Assembly: GCA_002633005.1 (NCBI GenBank) | Contig: NMRA01000902.1 | Location: forward strand, 40,592-104,591 | Length of the DNA: 64,000 nt | Direction: 5' to 3' | Source: Phoronis australis | Lineage: Eukaryota; Animalia; Phoronida | In this document: piece after piece, positions 46,622-58,497 of the stretch | Position numbering within the stretch: the stretch's first letter is position 1 | Layout of the letters: each line of letters opens with the position of its first letter | Notes under the pieces: model-generated | What the model was told of the DNA's origin: nothing | Databases searched by the model: none | What the model saw: the letters and a program-made list of their open reading frames with translations, nothing else | Translations under genes and position numbers: made by a program

Positions 46622-47179
46622 TTAAATTTTTCAAACCACAAACGGAATTCTGTTGGTACACGTTTTACCCAGGCGCTTTCAGAAAATACAATTCATTACC
46701 ATGTCAAGACAACTAGTGAAAACGGCATTTGTTAGATTAGCTGAGCCTTTTGAGATTTGTAGTAATGTGCCATGAATAAAATTTAGCGTATTGTTAACCT
46801 ATCTCCAATGAAAAAGGAGATTTACACTTTGACCCAGGAAAACTGTTGAATGCCACCTTACTGTGACACGCACTGTCAAAGTTTCTTTCGCTGAAGAGAT
46901 TGGTGGACGAGGATGGACTTTTGAATTATGGAACAAAACACTGAAGGTGCAGGCACGACTAGCGTTATTGAACCCCTCCTTACTCAAGACGCCATTTTCT
47001 CTCAACTTGACACTCGCTTTCGTTGCCTATTATTAATGTCTCTAAAATCTAACACTCACTAAAGGAAACCATAAACCTAAACATAGCCTTTATCCTAATC
47101 CCAAATTATCCCAACCAAGCACAAACTAGATCAACTGTTTGTGACAAGGAAGGGAAGTGCACCGAAACAAGTCATTTCA

Positions 47180-47421
47180 CATGCACGCACCCAGTCCTTA
47201 ATATGGGGGGGGGCTCGAAACTCTGACAAAGTGGACCTTTTGCTAACAAAAAAGCGGGAGGACTAAAAAACGGGGTACCAGTCACCTTCATGTGTCTGTG
47301 AACTGTGCGCCTTTTTAGTCGTTTTCTCGGATTTTTTGTTTCTCTGAGGCGGACCTTTTTACCCACTTCGCCAAATGGCGGCTCGTTCGAGCCCCCCGAG
47401 CCCCCCCTGGGTGCGTGCATG
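47180..47421. mobile_element. MITE with 15-bp perfect TIR and 5-bp TSD (hAT5-like)
   Basis: CATGCACGCACCCAG...CTGGGTGCGTGCATG, flanked by TTTCA on both sides. Confidence 0.85.
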
Positions 47422-47643
47422 TTTCAGTATAACGGTGGATTACCCACCAAGTTTGATTCATAGGCGGATTGAGGAGAGTCAGTGCCCCGTGAACGCCCTT
47501 ACGAACACTTCCAAGGTGACAAATTTCGCTCATGTGATTGTTCCATTGTTTTTAAGAACACGTGACATGTGACGTAATCTTAATAGTTCGTCTGTTATCC
47601 TGTGCGTAACCTAGGCATAACTACGTCGCTGTGCAACAGTCAT

Positions 47644-47809
47644 TTATCCATCAAAAGCAACTGTAACTTCCGATTCGCCATCATCAGACAAGCCTGCCTG
47701 TTTCATTCTCGAGTAGTCCTCGTCGTCGACGTCGTCTCGACACAAGGCGTATACTATGGCGGGTGCCACACCGTGGCTGGCGGTATTGCAGGCGGTCCTG
47801 AGGCGATCC
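47644..47809 (-). CDS. SLC1-family transporter, terminal exon (DRLRTACNTASHGVAPAIV...FDG*)
   Basis: acgcag acceptor, DRLRT TM8 motif, TAA stop. Confidence 0.9.
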
Positions 47810-48152
47810 CTGCGTGAAAGAAATGAGATGAAACCGTTAATTGAACTCATTTTTCATAAGTGACAAAAATATCCCGTAGCATACTTCAGTCATAAATAGT
47901 AAGTGCAATTATGGTTTACGACTGCACCAGTGTTTTGATTTTGAGTTTTCCTTCGCGCGGGAAATGCATAAACAATCTTTTGGAAAGAAAATAACCACAC
48001 AGACCGTCGAATGTCAATTTCATTCTTTTTGTAGCTTTCAGATGGTATCGATGGCGACAGGAAACAGAAATCAATTGCGCATTATGGCACACCAATGATA
48101 ATTAATCTATAAAATTTCATAAATTGAACACGTCGTGCATTAAGATTCTTAC

Positions 48153-48287
48153 ATGAGCCATTCGACAGTGAAGAGCAGAGCGATGTCACTTCCGGGAATG
48201 CCCAGTGACGACAACAGGATGACTATGGTAACAATGCTTGAGCTTGGAACAGATGGAAGCGCCATGCTTGCGACTGTTGTTAAAAAC
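48153..48287 (-). CDS. SLC1-family transporter, exon encoding HP2-TM8a (FLTTVASMALPSVPSSSIVTIVILLSSLGIP...TVEWLM)
   Basis: tttcag/gtaag boundaries, 135 nt, phase-compatible with both neighbours. Confidence 0.9.
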
Positions 48288-48319
48288 CTGAAACAGTTTA
48301 TGTCAATTAAAATCATGTA

Positions 48320-48428
48320 TACATATACACATGTATATACATATACAAGCATGCATGCATACATACATACATACATACATACATACATACATGCATACAT
48401 ACATACATACATACATACATACATACAT
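48320..48428. repeat. (TACA)n microsatellite
   Basis: Directly visible, in an SLC1 intron. Confidence 0.95.
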
Positions 48429-48910
48429 GGCTGTACTTCGGGAGCATGTTTTCCGATATGCAAAATTGATTAAACACAAAACATTTTTTTTCGTGCAGCG
48501 CGACCCTGTCAATAAATTGTGGAAAACACGTCAATTCGGTCGTAGAGCACGATGTGCTGCGATCGAAAGTATTGGAGTCCCTTTTGATTGCATTTGAGTC
48601 CCCTGTTTTGAATGAGCAGCAAACAGGGTCGCGCCGCACGTTACACGTGTTTGCGTGACTTTCCTGTTACCCCCTTTCATTTTTCATTCTTTGCAGTATT
48701 TCACACCTGCCGTGTCCCAATTTGTATGTCTCCAGCTTATGCTCTGCGAGAATGAAACAAGTATGTTTCGAAATATCGTGTACCTTTTAATTATGTCTCT
48801 TGGTCAGTTACTTCACCAATGTCCCGTTGAGTGTTGAGTTTTATTCCGAGCATACGAACGGAAGGGAATAAAGACTGTTAATAACTAAGTGTCGTGTGTT
48901 TAATCAATTT

Positions 48911-49418
48911 TACATACATACATACATACATACATACCTACATACATACGTACGTAATACATATATACTACACAGGTACTACATACATACATACATACAT
49001 ACATACTACATACATACATACATACATACATACATACATACATACATACATACATACCTACATAAATACATACATACATACCTACATACAAACATACGTA
49101 CGTACGTAATACATATATACTACACAGGTACTACATACATACATACATGCATACATACATACATACATACATACATATTACATACTACATACATACATAC
49201 ATACATACCTACATACATACCTACATACATAAATAGATACATACATACCTACATACATACATACGTACGTACGTAATACATATATACTACACAGGTACTA
49301 CATACATACATACATACATACATACATACATACAAACATACATAAATATATACTTACATAATACATAAATATACACATACATACAAACATACATACATAC
49401 GTACATACATACATACAT
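48911..49418. repeat. (TACA)n microsatellite with higher-order repeat
   Basis: The interrupting block ACGTACGTAATACATATATACTACACAGGTACTAC recurs three times (about 48947, 49100, 49267). Confidence 0.9.
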
Positions 49419-49447
49419 AATAGCTTTGTTGTTATAAATCAGCGCTT

Positions 49448-49520
49448 TGGTGTAGCTTGATGGACTAGAGCGCCACTACTGTTAGCGGCAAGTCCCGGGT
49501 TCGAATCCCAGTCACATGAT
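49448..49520 (+). mobile_element. tRNA-derived SINE head
   Basis: A-box-like TAGCTTGATGG and B-box GGTTCGAATCCC; no paired acceptor stem. Confidence 0.55.
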
Positions 49521-50448
49521 TTGACCAACATGACGTATATGAATACTAATAATTCTTGTACAAGTCATGGGATGCAAGAAAAAAGAACAAAGTTCCACAC
49601 TTAGATATTGAGACATTAGCTCCTACTTTTTTGAAAAACTTGCTCTCCAGGGTAGACCCCATGGTGCTGTAATCCGACGGTTCATCAGGAAATTACCCTA
49701 TTAAAACCCTTTCACTAATATGAAAAGCTGCGCCTATACATGAACTTAGGCGCAAAAGAGTATATTCAAAATGCTAAGGCAATAACTAACTTTGTAAAGC
49801 TGTCCTTTCGATAGATGTTACCATATTTTTAACTTGTTTACAATTAAAACAATACAGAAAACACATTCAAACATCCATGACCCGATACCAGGGACACTAA
49901 CCAAATCCTTGAAAATTAAACTTAACTTAGGCACTTGCGCCTTCATGAGAATCATAAACGCAGCATTTCAAATCAAGGCGCATGGGACTAACGAAGTCCA
50001 ATAAAGCGCATCCGGGATGGCCCTGGGAGCACTTTAAATTTCTTAAACAGGGGTCAGTGCTTTTTCAGAAAAGTTTTGCGCTAAAGCGATTAGTCTTTGT
50101 CCTCTTTAAATGCAGCATTGGATAATACGATAAGTTTTCTCGAGAAACAAAAGCAATCGATTCTCGCTTATAAACTTTTAACAATTGCCAATTTATCGCC
50201 CTATGATACCAGCTTTGACGACCGATTGATGACCCAAAAGACACATTGCACGGTACAATTTATCCACAGGGCTTTCCAACGTAAATTCCAATGTAGCGTA
50301 TGTCCACGACGGCATACTCTTAAATAAGTGCACAAGTGTGACATTGGTAAAAATGAATGCCAGTTGGTCTTGATAGTTATTGTCAAATTCATAACATCGC
50401 TTTACTTGTGTTACGACCAACATTGACTTCTTGTTGTTGTCGGTGAGC

Positions 50449-50645
50449 ATCTGACAAAGCTTACACTAAAATTGCCATCTGACAAACAAACTGTTCAAAG
50501 CTTACACTAAAATTGTCATCTGACAAACAAACTGTTCAAAGCTTACACTAGAATTGTCATCTGACAAACAAACTGTTCAAAGCTTACACTAGAATTGTCA
50601 ACTGACAAACAAACTGTTCAAAGCTTACACTAGAATTGTCATCTG
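50449..50645. repeat. 41-bp tandem repeat (about 4.5 copies) overlapping an SLC1 exon 3' end and donor site
   Basis: Unit AAAGCTTACACTAGAATTGTCATCTGACAAACAAACTGTTC. Confidence 0.95.
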
Positions 50646-50823
50646 GCTCGCAGTCATGCTCATTCCGCTCAGCTGAGCTATAAATAACGCAGATGACACG
50701 ATAAAGATGGCGCTACCGTCTGCGTTTAAGGTTACGGTAAATGGAATGGAGAAAGTGGTGATACGCTTGTCGATCTTGTTGTCCTCTTCACACGCTTTGA
50801 ACAAGTCTGGCATCGCCATGGCA
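50629..50823 (-). CDS. SLC1/EAAT-family (dicarboxylate/amino acid:cation symporter) transporter, exon encoding HP1b-TM7 (AMAMPDLFKACEE...TLNADGSAIF...LFIAQL)
   Basis: tttcag/gtaag boundaries, 195 nt; IDKRITTFSIPFTVTLNADG and FIAQ align with EAAT [20 protein letters not shown]...FIAQ. Confidence 0.9.
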
Positions 50824-52035
50824 CTGAAATAATAATAACAAAATCAGCAGTGATCAACAGGATAAATCAATTGATTCGTCAGCATAGCAGCAATAGTGCG
50901 ACGACAACAACAAAGCAGACGCAAACGAGAAGCCTTAGAAAGAGTGCAAGAACAAACAGGACAACGACAACGTCGACAAGAATTAGTGTAATTACAAGGA
51001 AGTTTACAAGGCTTAAGGTTGAGGCCCTTAAGTCGCACGTCCGATTGGTTTCAAGGCTTCTAGTTCCCTGAATGTGTAGGTTTGTCATAGGATAGTGAAA
51101 TGCGTGGCTGCTAGGAGGCAGGGTGAAAACACAGGTTACACCTCCCCCCATTGATAGTTGAATTCTTCCTGGCTGAGACGGATCCTATGATCTCAGACTC
51201 AACTCATGGTCCTCCAAAGCGAAGATCCGCCACTAACGACGATTTCTATGCTGATGTTGGATATATCATTTGGAATAGCGCCTCTTATATTACGTTTAGT
51301 GACGTAAAACAATGCGACACCTGCGAGCGAAATGTTATCTGGATGTCAACGAAGAAGACACGCAAGGAAAAGAGGGAGGGGAGAAGACAATGGCGAAGGA
51401 CACATGTGAACGAAATGTTATCTGGATGACAACGAAGAAGAAACGCAAGGAAAAGAGATGCGAGGAGAAGACTATGATGAAGTCTAGATTGTCTATTCCG
51501 GTGACGATGACGACCTTGTTGAAGAGCATAACAAGTGGTTATAAGAACAATACACAGCATTAATGACAGCTAATAAAAGAGTTATGACTAAAAATTCATT
51601 GGATTCCAGCAAGGAGACCCCCACATGCTAATTTTCCTGTTGTCCGGTACTTTTATGTTTTTGAATATTAAATAGAATAATTTTGATGTATTTGAAAATA
51701 AATGACTTGAAAAGCAAACCAATCTGGTCGCAACTGTTGTCTATTACGCAAGTAAATAAAATACAGAGTGATAGTAATAGAATAATTTATGAACAAGGAA
51801 AGTTCAGAAGAACTGAAATCGCTGAACATAAATCGATTCATATTGATAGATTTTAACTTCTTAACTCAACGACGGATGTCAACATAATTTAAGCATTAAC
51901 CAAGACTCTTTACAGCACACTACAATGTCCAGTGTTCTGTACCAAATTACAACATCAACATTTATTTGTGCTAACAACCTTCATCTCGAGTAATAGAGTT
52001 TGCGTACGCCCCATTATGCGACAACAAATACTTAA

Positions 52036-53520
52036 AGGAGATGGCAACCTTTTTCATGTCATTTTTAGTAAAATACGGTTTTTTGACTATCCCAGACATC
52101 TGTTCCAGTTAATTACGGCTTCCCGTAATTTTAATTATTAGTAGTACCCTACTCCGGAAGTGACGTTTAGGGGTTTAAACATTTTCCGCCATTGTGTTTC
52201 TGCGTTTGAGTTTACCTTAAGGATCTGTTCTACTGTTTTTCGTCCTGGTTTCCTAACTTTGTCGTCACCACTTCCCAACGACGAGTATTCTGCGACAAGC
52301 TAGGTGAACTCAATTACTTTGGACTTAGGGATCGTTTAGTTTGTAGTAGCCTGAAAATGGCCGGAGTCGGCGACCCATATCACAGACACAGTGGCATGGT
52401 GACGAGGAAGTTTTTCACGAACAGTCAGTGGGCGGATATATGTTTGAGCCCGAGTTTAGTGAGGCATAATATGCACAGACATCTGTTGAGAGGTATAAGG
52501 CAGTGATCGAGGACAGACGTCGTGGAACGTCTTTGGTCCAAATATTATGCAGACCTCAATAGAGAATGCCTATGCTGTTGCCACAGGATGGTAATTTGAG
52601 CACCCAAACCGCTTACACCCCGCCGGGTGACTCCCTCGCCGCACACCTGACATCTTCTAAATAGCCCCAATACTTTAGTTAAGTTCACAATAAACTTATC
52701 AAAGTTTGGATCACCGGCCTCATCACTGGACGAACTGTCCTCCTCACTGGGTGTAGAACTTAGCCTGTATTCACTCCCACTACTCGACATCTCTGCAGGT
52801 TTACTTACAGACTCTGGGCTGTATGGAGAGAACACCATCACAGGGCGAATCACTGCTAGTTCCCGGAATTGCACGCTCTGGGGGATATATTCGGAGGTAC
52901 GGGTGACACTAGATGTAGGGGCTCCAGTCACTGTAGAGGCTCGCGAGGCTTCGTTCTTAAGAATTACACTCCTCGGGGGTGGCGACGGGACACTGCCGGG
53001 AATCAACGGCGTTGTTTTACCGGAGCCTTCATCAGTTCCGCCTACATATCTCTTTTGTAACCCAACGGCAGAAAATGCATGCCATACACTCAGTACTCCA
53101 CTGCTTTGTACGTTGCGTGGACGGGTAACGCTGCGTTTCCACACGAACGAGCCAAGTACGACGGAGTGTATCATCTTTCGGAAAGCGAAGTAATGGCATA
53201 CCCAAAGTGCGCGTGAGGCGATAATGAGTACATTCTGGTACGCAACCACTGTGCGGCGTGTTGACTGACTCGTAAACAAAAGCAAACGACGACTGAACTT
53301 ACCAAAACCGAGGTAAAACAATGACTAACTCGACAACTCACACAGTCAGACTATACGAAAACAAAATGGCGGGAAATTCTTAACCTAAACGTTACTTCTG
53401 GAGTAAGGCACGACTAGTTGATAACATTACGGGAAGTCGTCATTAACTGAAAAATACACCTGGGATCATCAAAGAACCATATTATTACTAAAAATGACAT
53501 GAAAAAGGTTGACTTCTCCT
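52036..53520 (-). mobile_element. Internally deleted Kolobok-superfamily DNA transposon
   Basis: About 160-bp imperfect TIRs (AGGAGATGGCAACCTTTTTCATGTCATTTTTAGTAA... / ...TTACTAAAAATGACATGAAAAAGGTTGACTTCTCCT), flanked by TTAA and TCAA. Minus strand: frameshifted THAP domain and KFIV...LFRRCQVCG transposase N-terminus. Plus strand: GYMFEPEFSE fragment. Confidence 0.8.
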
Positions 53521-53926
53521 TCAAAGCTCCATTTCAAATTAGGCCTAACTACAGTCTCAGGAAATCGGTCACATGACATTCAACTCTTCACTTTCATGCA
53601 GGATTTCTCTACACACATTGTTTACTTGAAAATTACATCAGCAGATCAGTCTATGACTTATAAAGAATATACCGGGACTAAAGCTTGCAACTGTAATGCT
53701 CAGAAAGTTGAAGTTTTGTGATCCAATTGGCTTCCTAGAGAAGATTGATTTGAGGAACTTTTAAACTACCATTTTAATAAGACGTCATGACAACGCTTTT
53801 CTTTATTTAATACAATCAAAATAAAGTCATTGAATAATTTATCAATTTGTTTACGCAAGCCGTTTGAGAAACCAAGAACAGGTACGATTTATATCAGTTT
53901 GAATATTGCAAAATGCTTTAACTACG

Positions 53927-54200
53927 CATGCGCGTACCCAGCCTAAAATATGGGGAGGGCTCAAATTTTTGAGAATGTGGACCTTTAACTGAGATTCACG
54001 GGGTACATTCAGAGCTATGAATTTTGCATTCGCCGAATTTTGGTAGTTCCTTCCGTTTTAGTGGACTTTTGTCTCGTTTTCTACTTTTTGTTCGGAGTTG
54101 TTTCTCTGAGGCTGACCTTTTTGCCCACTTCGCCAAATGTGTGTGTGTGTGGGGGGGGGGGCTCCTCTGAGCCCTCCATGACCCCTTGGGTGCGCGGATA
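53927..54200. mobile_element. Second, diverged copy of the same MITE family
   Basis: CATGCGCGTACCCAG...TTGGGTGCGCGGATA; shares CTCTGAGGC-GACCTTTTT-CCCACTTCGCCAAATG with the 47180 copy; flanks CTACG and CTATG. Confidence 0.8.
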
Positions 54201-55199
54201 CTATGACAACTATACCTTTTACAGTGTGTATTTTATTGTTTCGAAATATTTAAAACTCTTTAAGTCCTACAAATTTTATTATTTTATCGTTTTCATATTT
54301 ATCTAAATAAGCGCTTTATAGACATTTATTGTTCCTCTTTGGTTGACTAATGTCCTACATTTAGTTAAGTTCAGGCTGGATAACTATATATGAAGCATGT
54401 AACGTCAGTATACTCTGCTGTCCACATGGTCATCAGCTAACAACCCACTAATTAAGGTGATGGCTCACGAGGTCTACATATGCTACAAAACTAAATTTAT
54501 TGTTTTGAACCAAGGACATCGAGATCGTTACGGATAGTTTTTTTCCGTTGAAGAAATTTCGGACCAAATTTAAAAGTCAATAATGTCCTCTCAAGAAAAT
54601 ACCAACTTAAAACTACCATACGCAATCTTGAATTATAATTTGTCCATTATGACTATTATCTGCATGATGTAATATTATGCTCTGTATTAATGCATTATTT
54701 TGAGCTATCAATCGGTCTGGAATATAACTTAGTTTAAGCAGGCTGAATACACTTTGTCATTATATTGGCAATGATTTTTGGAATTAATTTTAAATTGCAT
54801 TTTGACAAACAGTTTCCCGAGAAGCAACAGAAACCACATTATGAAGATTTGAGATTTTGCTAAAAATTCTTTTCCTTTTTAAAAGTTACAAGAAGGCGTT
54901 CCGTGGACCCAAGACACCCAAGAAGCCCTTGTGGCGATGAATCTTGGCTTATGGAACGGAAACAATGAACTATGACCCCTAATTCAACATTCCAAACTCA
55001 CCGGCCAGTCACTTTTTCAAGGTGATATATATTAATTGAAGAATACACAGAACACATAAGGAAAATAAATGACAAAACCCAGAAATCGCGAAGCATTATA
55101 TCGGAGTTGCAAACAATACAGGTATGAGAGTTGTATACATAGAACTATATACATATAAGTAGTATTTAATATAAACGTTCAAATATTTAGATATGCTAT

Positions 55200-56505
55200 T
55201 ATGAACATATTAAAAACAAAAACATGCACACATATGTAAATCAGATGCAACAAGATTGATAAGTGATGCATAAACATTTACTAACATTGCTTAAGAGTAA
55301 TTCATTGAGAAAAAGATCGAAGTTTGGACTACCATTTAATAATAGGAATTGAAAGCATTTTACAATTAAAAGAATGTTTTTCATTGCGTGCATGAAAGAG
55401 TGAGTTTCTCAGGTATTCGATGAGGGCTCATTTAAAGAAAACCTGAAGATAAAGATCGAAGTTTGGACTACCATTTAATAATAGGAATTGAAAGCATTTT
55501 ACAATTAAAAGAATGTTTTTCATTGCGTGCATGAAAGAGTGAGTTTCTCAGGTATTCGATGAGGGCTCATTTAAAGAAAACCTGAAGATAGGATTGATGG
55601 TCACCATATTTACAATTTGGAAAGACATTACTAAATTTGTGCCTAAACTTGTCGGAGTTGAGGAAAAGACCGCATCTCGATCGGTACAATGCTTTTTAAT
55701 TTTCACAGGGAAGCGAGAATTGTGTCAGGGCTATTGAGTTGTCAAAATTATGAAAAACAGTTCTAAAATTGTTTTCATACTAGTAAAAGAGTTTCTTTCC
55801 TTTACAGAGACTGGAAGAGAATTCCAGTTGCTGATGCACATCATAACTGTAGACCTTCAGAATGCCTGGCTGAACGACGGAAGAATTGCATATGGGGCGG
55901 AAGATCTCAAACAAGCACGATGGCCTTGTCTAGTATATAGATCAAATAAATTTCTTGACAGAGGCATTGTTGACATTGTTAAGTACTTAAAAAGTCAATG
56001 AGGTCATCTAAAGATTGCGTCGAGTAGACAGTTTGCGCCACTTGAGACTATTCAAAACCTTAAAACCATTGGATCCCCTGTAAGGTCCGATAATGAGTAA
56101 GGCAGCTTGATAATGTAATTTCTCCAAATGCTGGAGTGCACCAGTGTTGATATATAATATCACAATAATCGATGTGTGGAAGTATAAAGGATTTGAACAG
56201 GACTTCTAAATGTGTAGAATTTAGAGGATGAGAGACAAGCTTAAGTGATTTAATTAGTTATTGATTTTTTTGTACAAGCTCCCAAGCGTGAGGTGTGAAC
56301 GAAAGTTTTTCATCTAACAGTATACTAAGATGTCTGTGCGACTGTTTTCTAGGAATGATTTCATCATTAAGATCAAGGTCATGGGATGGGTCTACAAAGA
56401 AGAGAGAATTATTAGATTTGGAGAAGGTGAGGTCAACGCTTTTTTCTAGTTAAAAATTCATTCTTCATTCTTGTGGCCAACCAATCATTTCAGTGTCGCC
56501 ATTTT
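55200..56505 (-). mobile_element. Degenerate CR1/L2-group LINE 3' part
   Basis: Minus-strand remnants SHRHLSILLDEKLSFTPH, LFKSFILPHIDYCDIIY and LEKLHYQAALLIIG, typical of the post-RT region; ends approximate. Confidence 0.75.
55312..55590. repeat. 139-bp tandem duplication inside the LINE relic
   Basis: AAAGATCGAAGTTTGGACTACC...AAACCTGAAGAT occurs twice, apparently identical. Confidence 0.92.
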
Positions 56506-56599
56506 TCTAGGGTACCCTGAGCATACTGAGTCGTGAAACACCCGCTTTTCAATTGCCTAATTTTACGTGATCTAAGGTGTTGCCAGATTCTTGCTTCTA

Positions 56600-57400
56600 C
56601 CTGTCAATCGAGCTGTATTCAGGGTGGACGCAGATGTACGTTAGAGCACATCCTATCATCTTGCAGCGTGTCCTTGGCATCAGGAAAGTACACTTACCGA
56701 CACAACCAGGTACTAAAAGTTTTTCAAGGGTGTTGTTCGACGAGGTGAAGAGCAAACCGAAGCCGAGAAGCCACCGCGTCGAATACATCAATTTCATAAG
56801 AAGTGGTGATGAGGCGAGTAAAAGGAAGACCCCTGTGCATAAAGGCATCCTGCACACAGCCAACGACTGGAGAGTGTGGGCAGACCTTGCCGGTCATCAG
56901 TCATTCTTCCCTCAACACATTGTCCAGACGACCCAGCGCCCTGACTTGGTTACATACTCGGACAATTCCCACCAGGTCATCTTAATTGAGCTCACTATCC
57001 CGTGGGAGAGTAGGGTGGAAGAGGCACACGAGCGAAAGAACTTGAAGTACGCAGACCTTAGGAATGACTGTCATGTTAACGGCTGGAGATGTTGGAGTTT
57101 TCCTGTGGAGGTCGGCTGCCGGGGTTTTCCGGCCAGTTCGGTCATTACCATGGCGAGGTGTCTTGACGTCTCCTTGTCGGGAAAGAAGGCTCTGCTACGC
57201 GACGCAGCCACTGAAGCTGAACAGGCATCTTGTTGGATTTGGATTAAATACCAACAGCAACATCACCAACAACCGTCAGACAGAGCCTGATCAACTCTGT
57301 TGTCCCGCCTACTAGAGATGGTCTTGGTTTAGAGACGAAACCATTAAGGACAGTAGGAGATCAACTGAAGATGGCGGTTGAGCACAGTTCCATCAAGTGT
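56600..57400 (+). mobile_element. 5'-truncated RLE-type non-LTR retrotransposon (HERO/NeSL-like): zinc knuckle, restriction-like endonuclease and 3' UTR
   Basis: TLEHILSSC...YTYRHNQVL, then after one frameshift QRPDLV...ILIELTIPWESRVEEAHERKNLKY...PVEVGCRGF (PD-(D/E)xK RLE signature); stop at 57290. Confidence 0.88.
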
Positions 57401-58497
57401 TTAAAGTAAGTTCAGTAGAAAGCCCGTTAATGTTTCCCTTTGATGATCGAATAATTTTTTCATTAACAGGCAAGTTTGTCACTAATTACTTTAACCACAA
57501 TATTTCCTCAGTTTTAAAGCCCCATACAGTGCAGTTGTTATTATACTTTATAAAGCTGAAATGATTACCGATTACGCTTGCAAATTGTCATTTTCCTCTT
57601 GACCTCTAGAAATGTGCAGCGATCAAAATGAAGTATTCCCTTTGTTTGCATTTGATTTGTTTGTGTGTGTAATTATTTTTAGAGCTTTCTTAAGAAGGCC
57701 TTTGAACAATTTTAAGTTTTGTGTCAACTTTTCCACAACAAAAGTTCCACATGCAAGAAAAGTATATAACGAAACAACACAGTTAAAAACAATTGTAATT
57801 TTCCCACGCAACGAGTCCATAATCAGGCATATCAAGGGCTGAATTTCTGAACTAGGTTCAATTCTCTCAGGTTATTGCTGAAGGATTGCTTTTCACTTTG
57901 TCAAATTAAAATAGACGGTCAGGCGACTGGTTTCATTCGTTTTCTCACACCTGTAACAGAATATTCAGAGAAATATTAGCAAATTATAAAAGAAAACACA
58001 AGACAAAACTACTTTAGTAAGGCAGAACATACTTGACGTTTCATCTTAATGTTTATATGTAGAAACTAATTATCTTTGTACCCAAGTCTTGTTTATGATC
58101 TAAATTAAAATATGTGAAACAGGCTAAAAATGATTTAAAAATGTGTATTTTTCACGACACCTAAAATGTGCTTCTGACCTCAACAAGTAAAATTCATTCT
58201 AGGTGTCAATTTTTATTCCAATGCAATGTTATGACGTTTACTGAATAGCTTATTCTTGTTAATTCGGAAACTAATCTGGTAGACCTGGGGTTGGGGTCCG
58301 CTATAAAATAAGGAAACTCACTCATCTAGAGAATTTTATTAGACATAGCATAGCTTTGAAGAGAAACTGCTGTGAAAAAGTCACCCTTGACTTCTGAGCG
58401 TGACATACCATACATCTCTTATATTGGGAGCATTTCCACCCATGGAGGACAATATGTGAATATGTGCTGCTAGCGTATCCGGCATCCGAGTCCCGAG

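Noticed and set aside
48149-49276. ORFs rich in YIHT/MYVC
   Set aside because: Translations of the (TACA)n microsatellite. Only 48153-48287 is a real exon.
51310-51480. Acidic peptide-coding region
   Set aside because: A diverged ~73-bp duplication with stops and frame changes; no splice or homology support.
52545-53321. 258-aa ORF as a host gene
   Set aside because: Lies inside transposon TIRs and switches between correct and incorrect frames of a decayed THAP-transposase.
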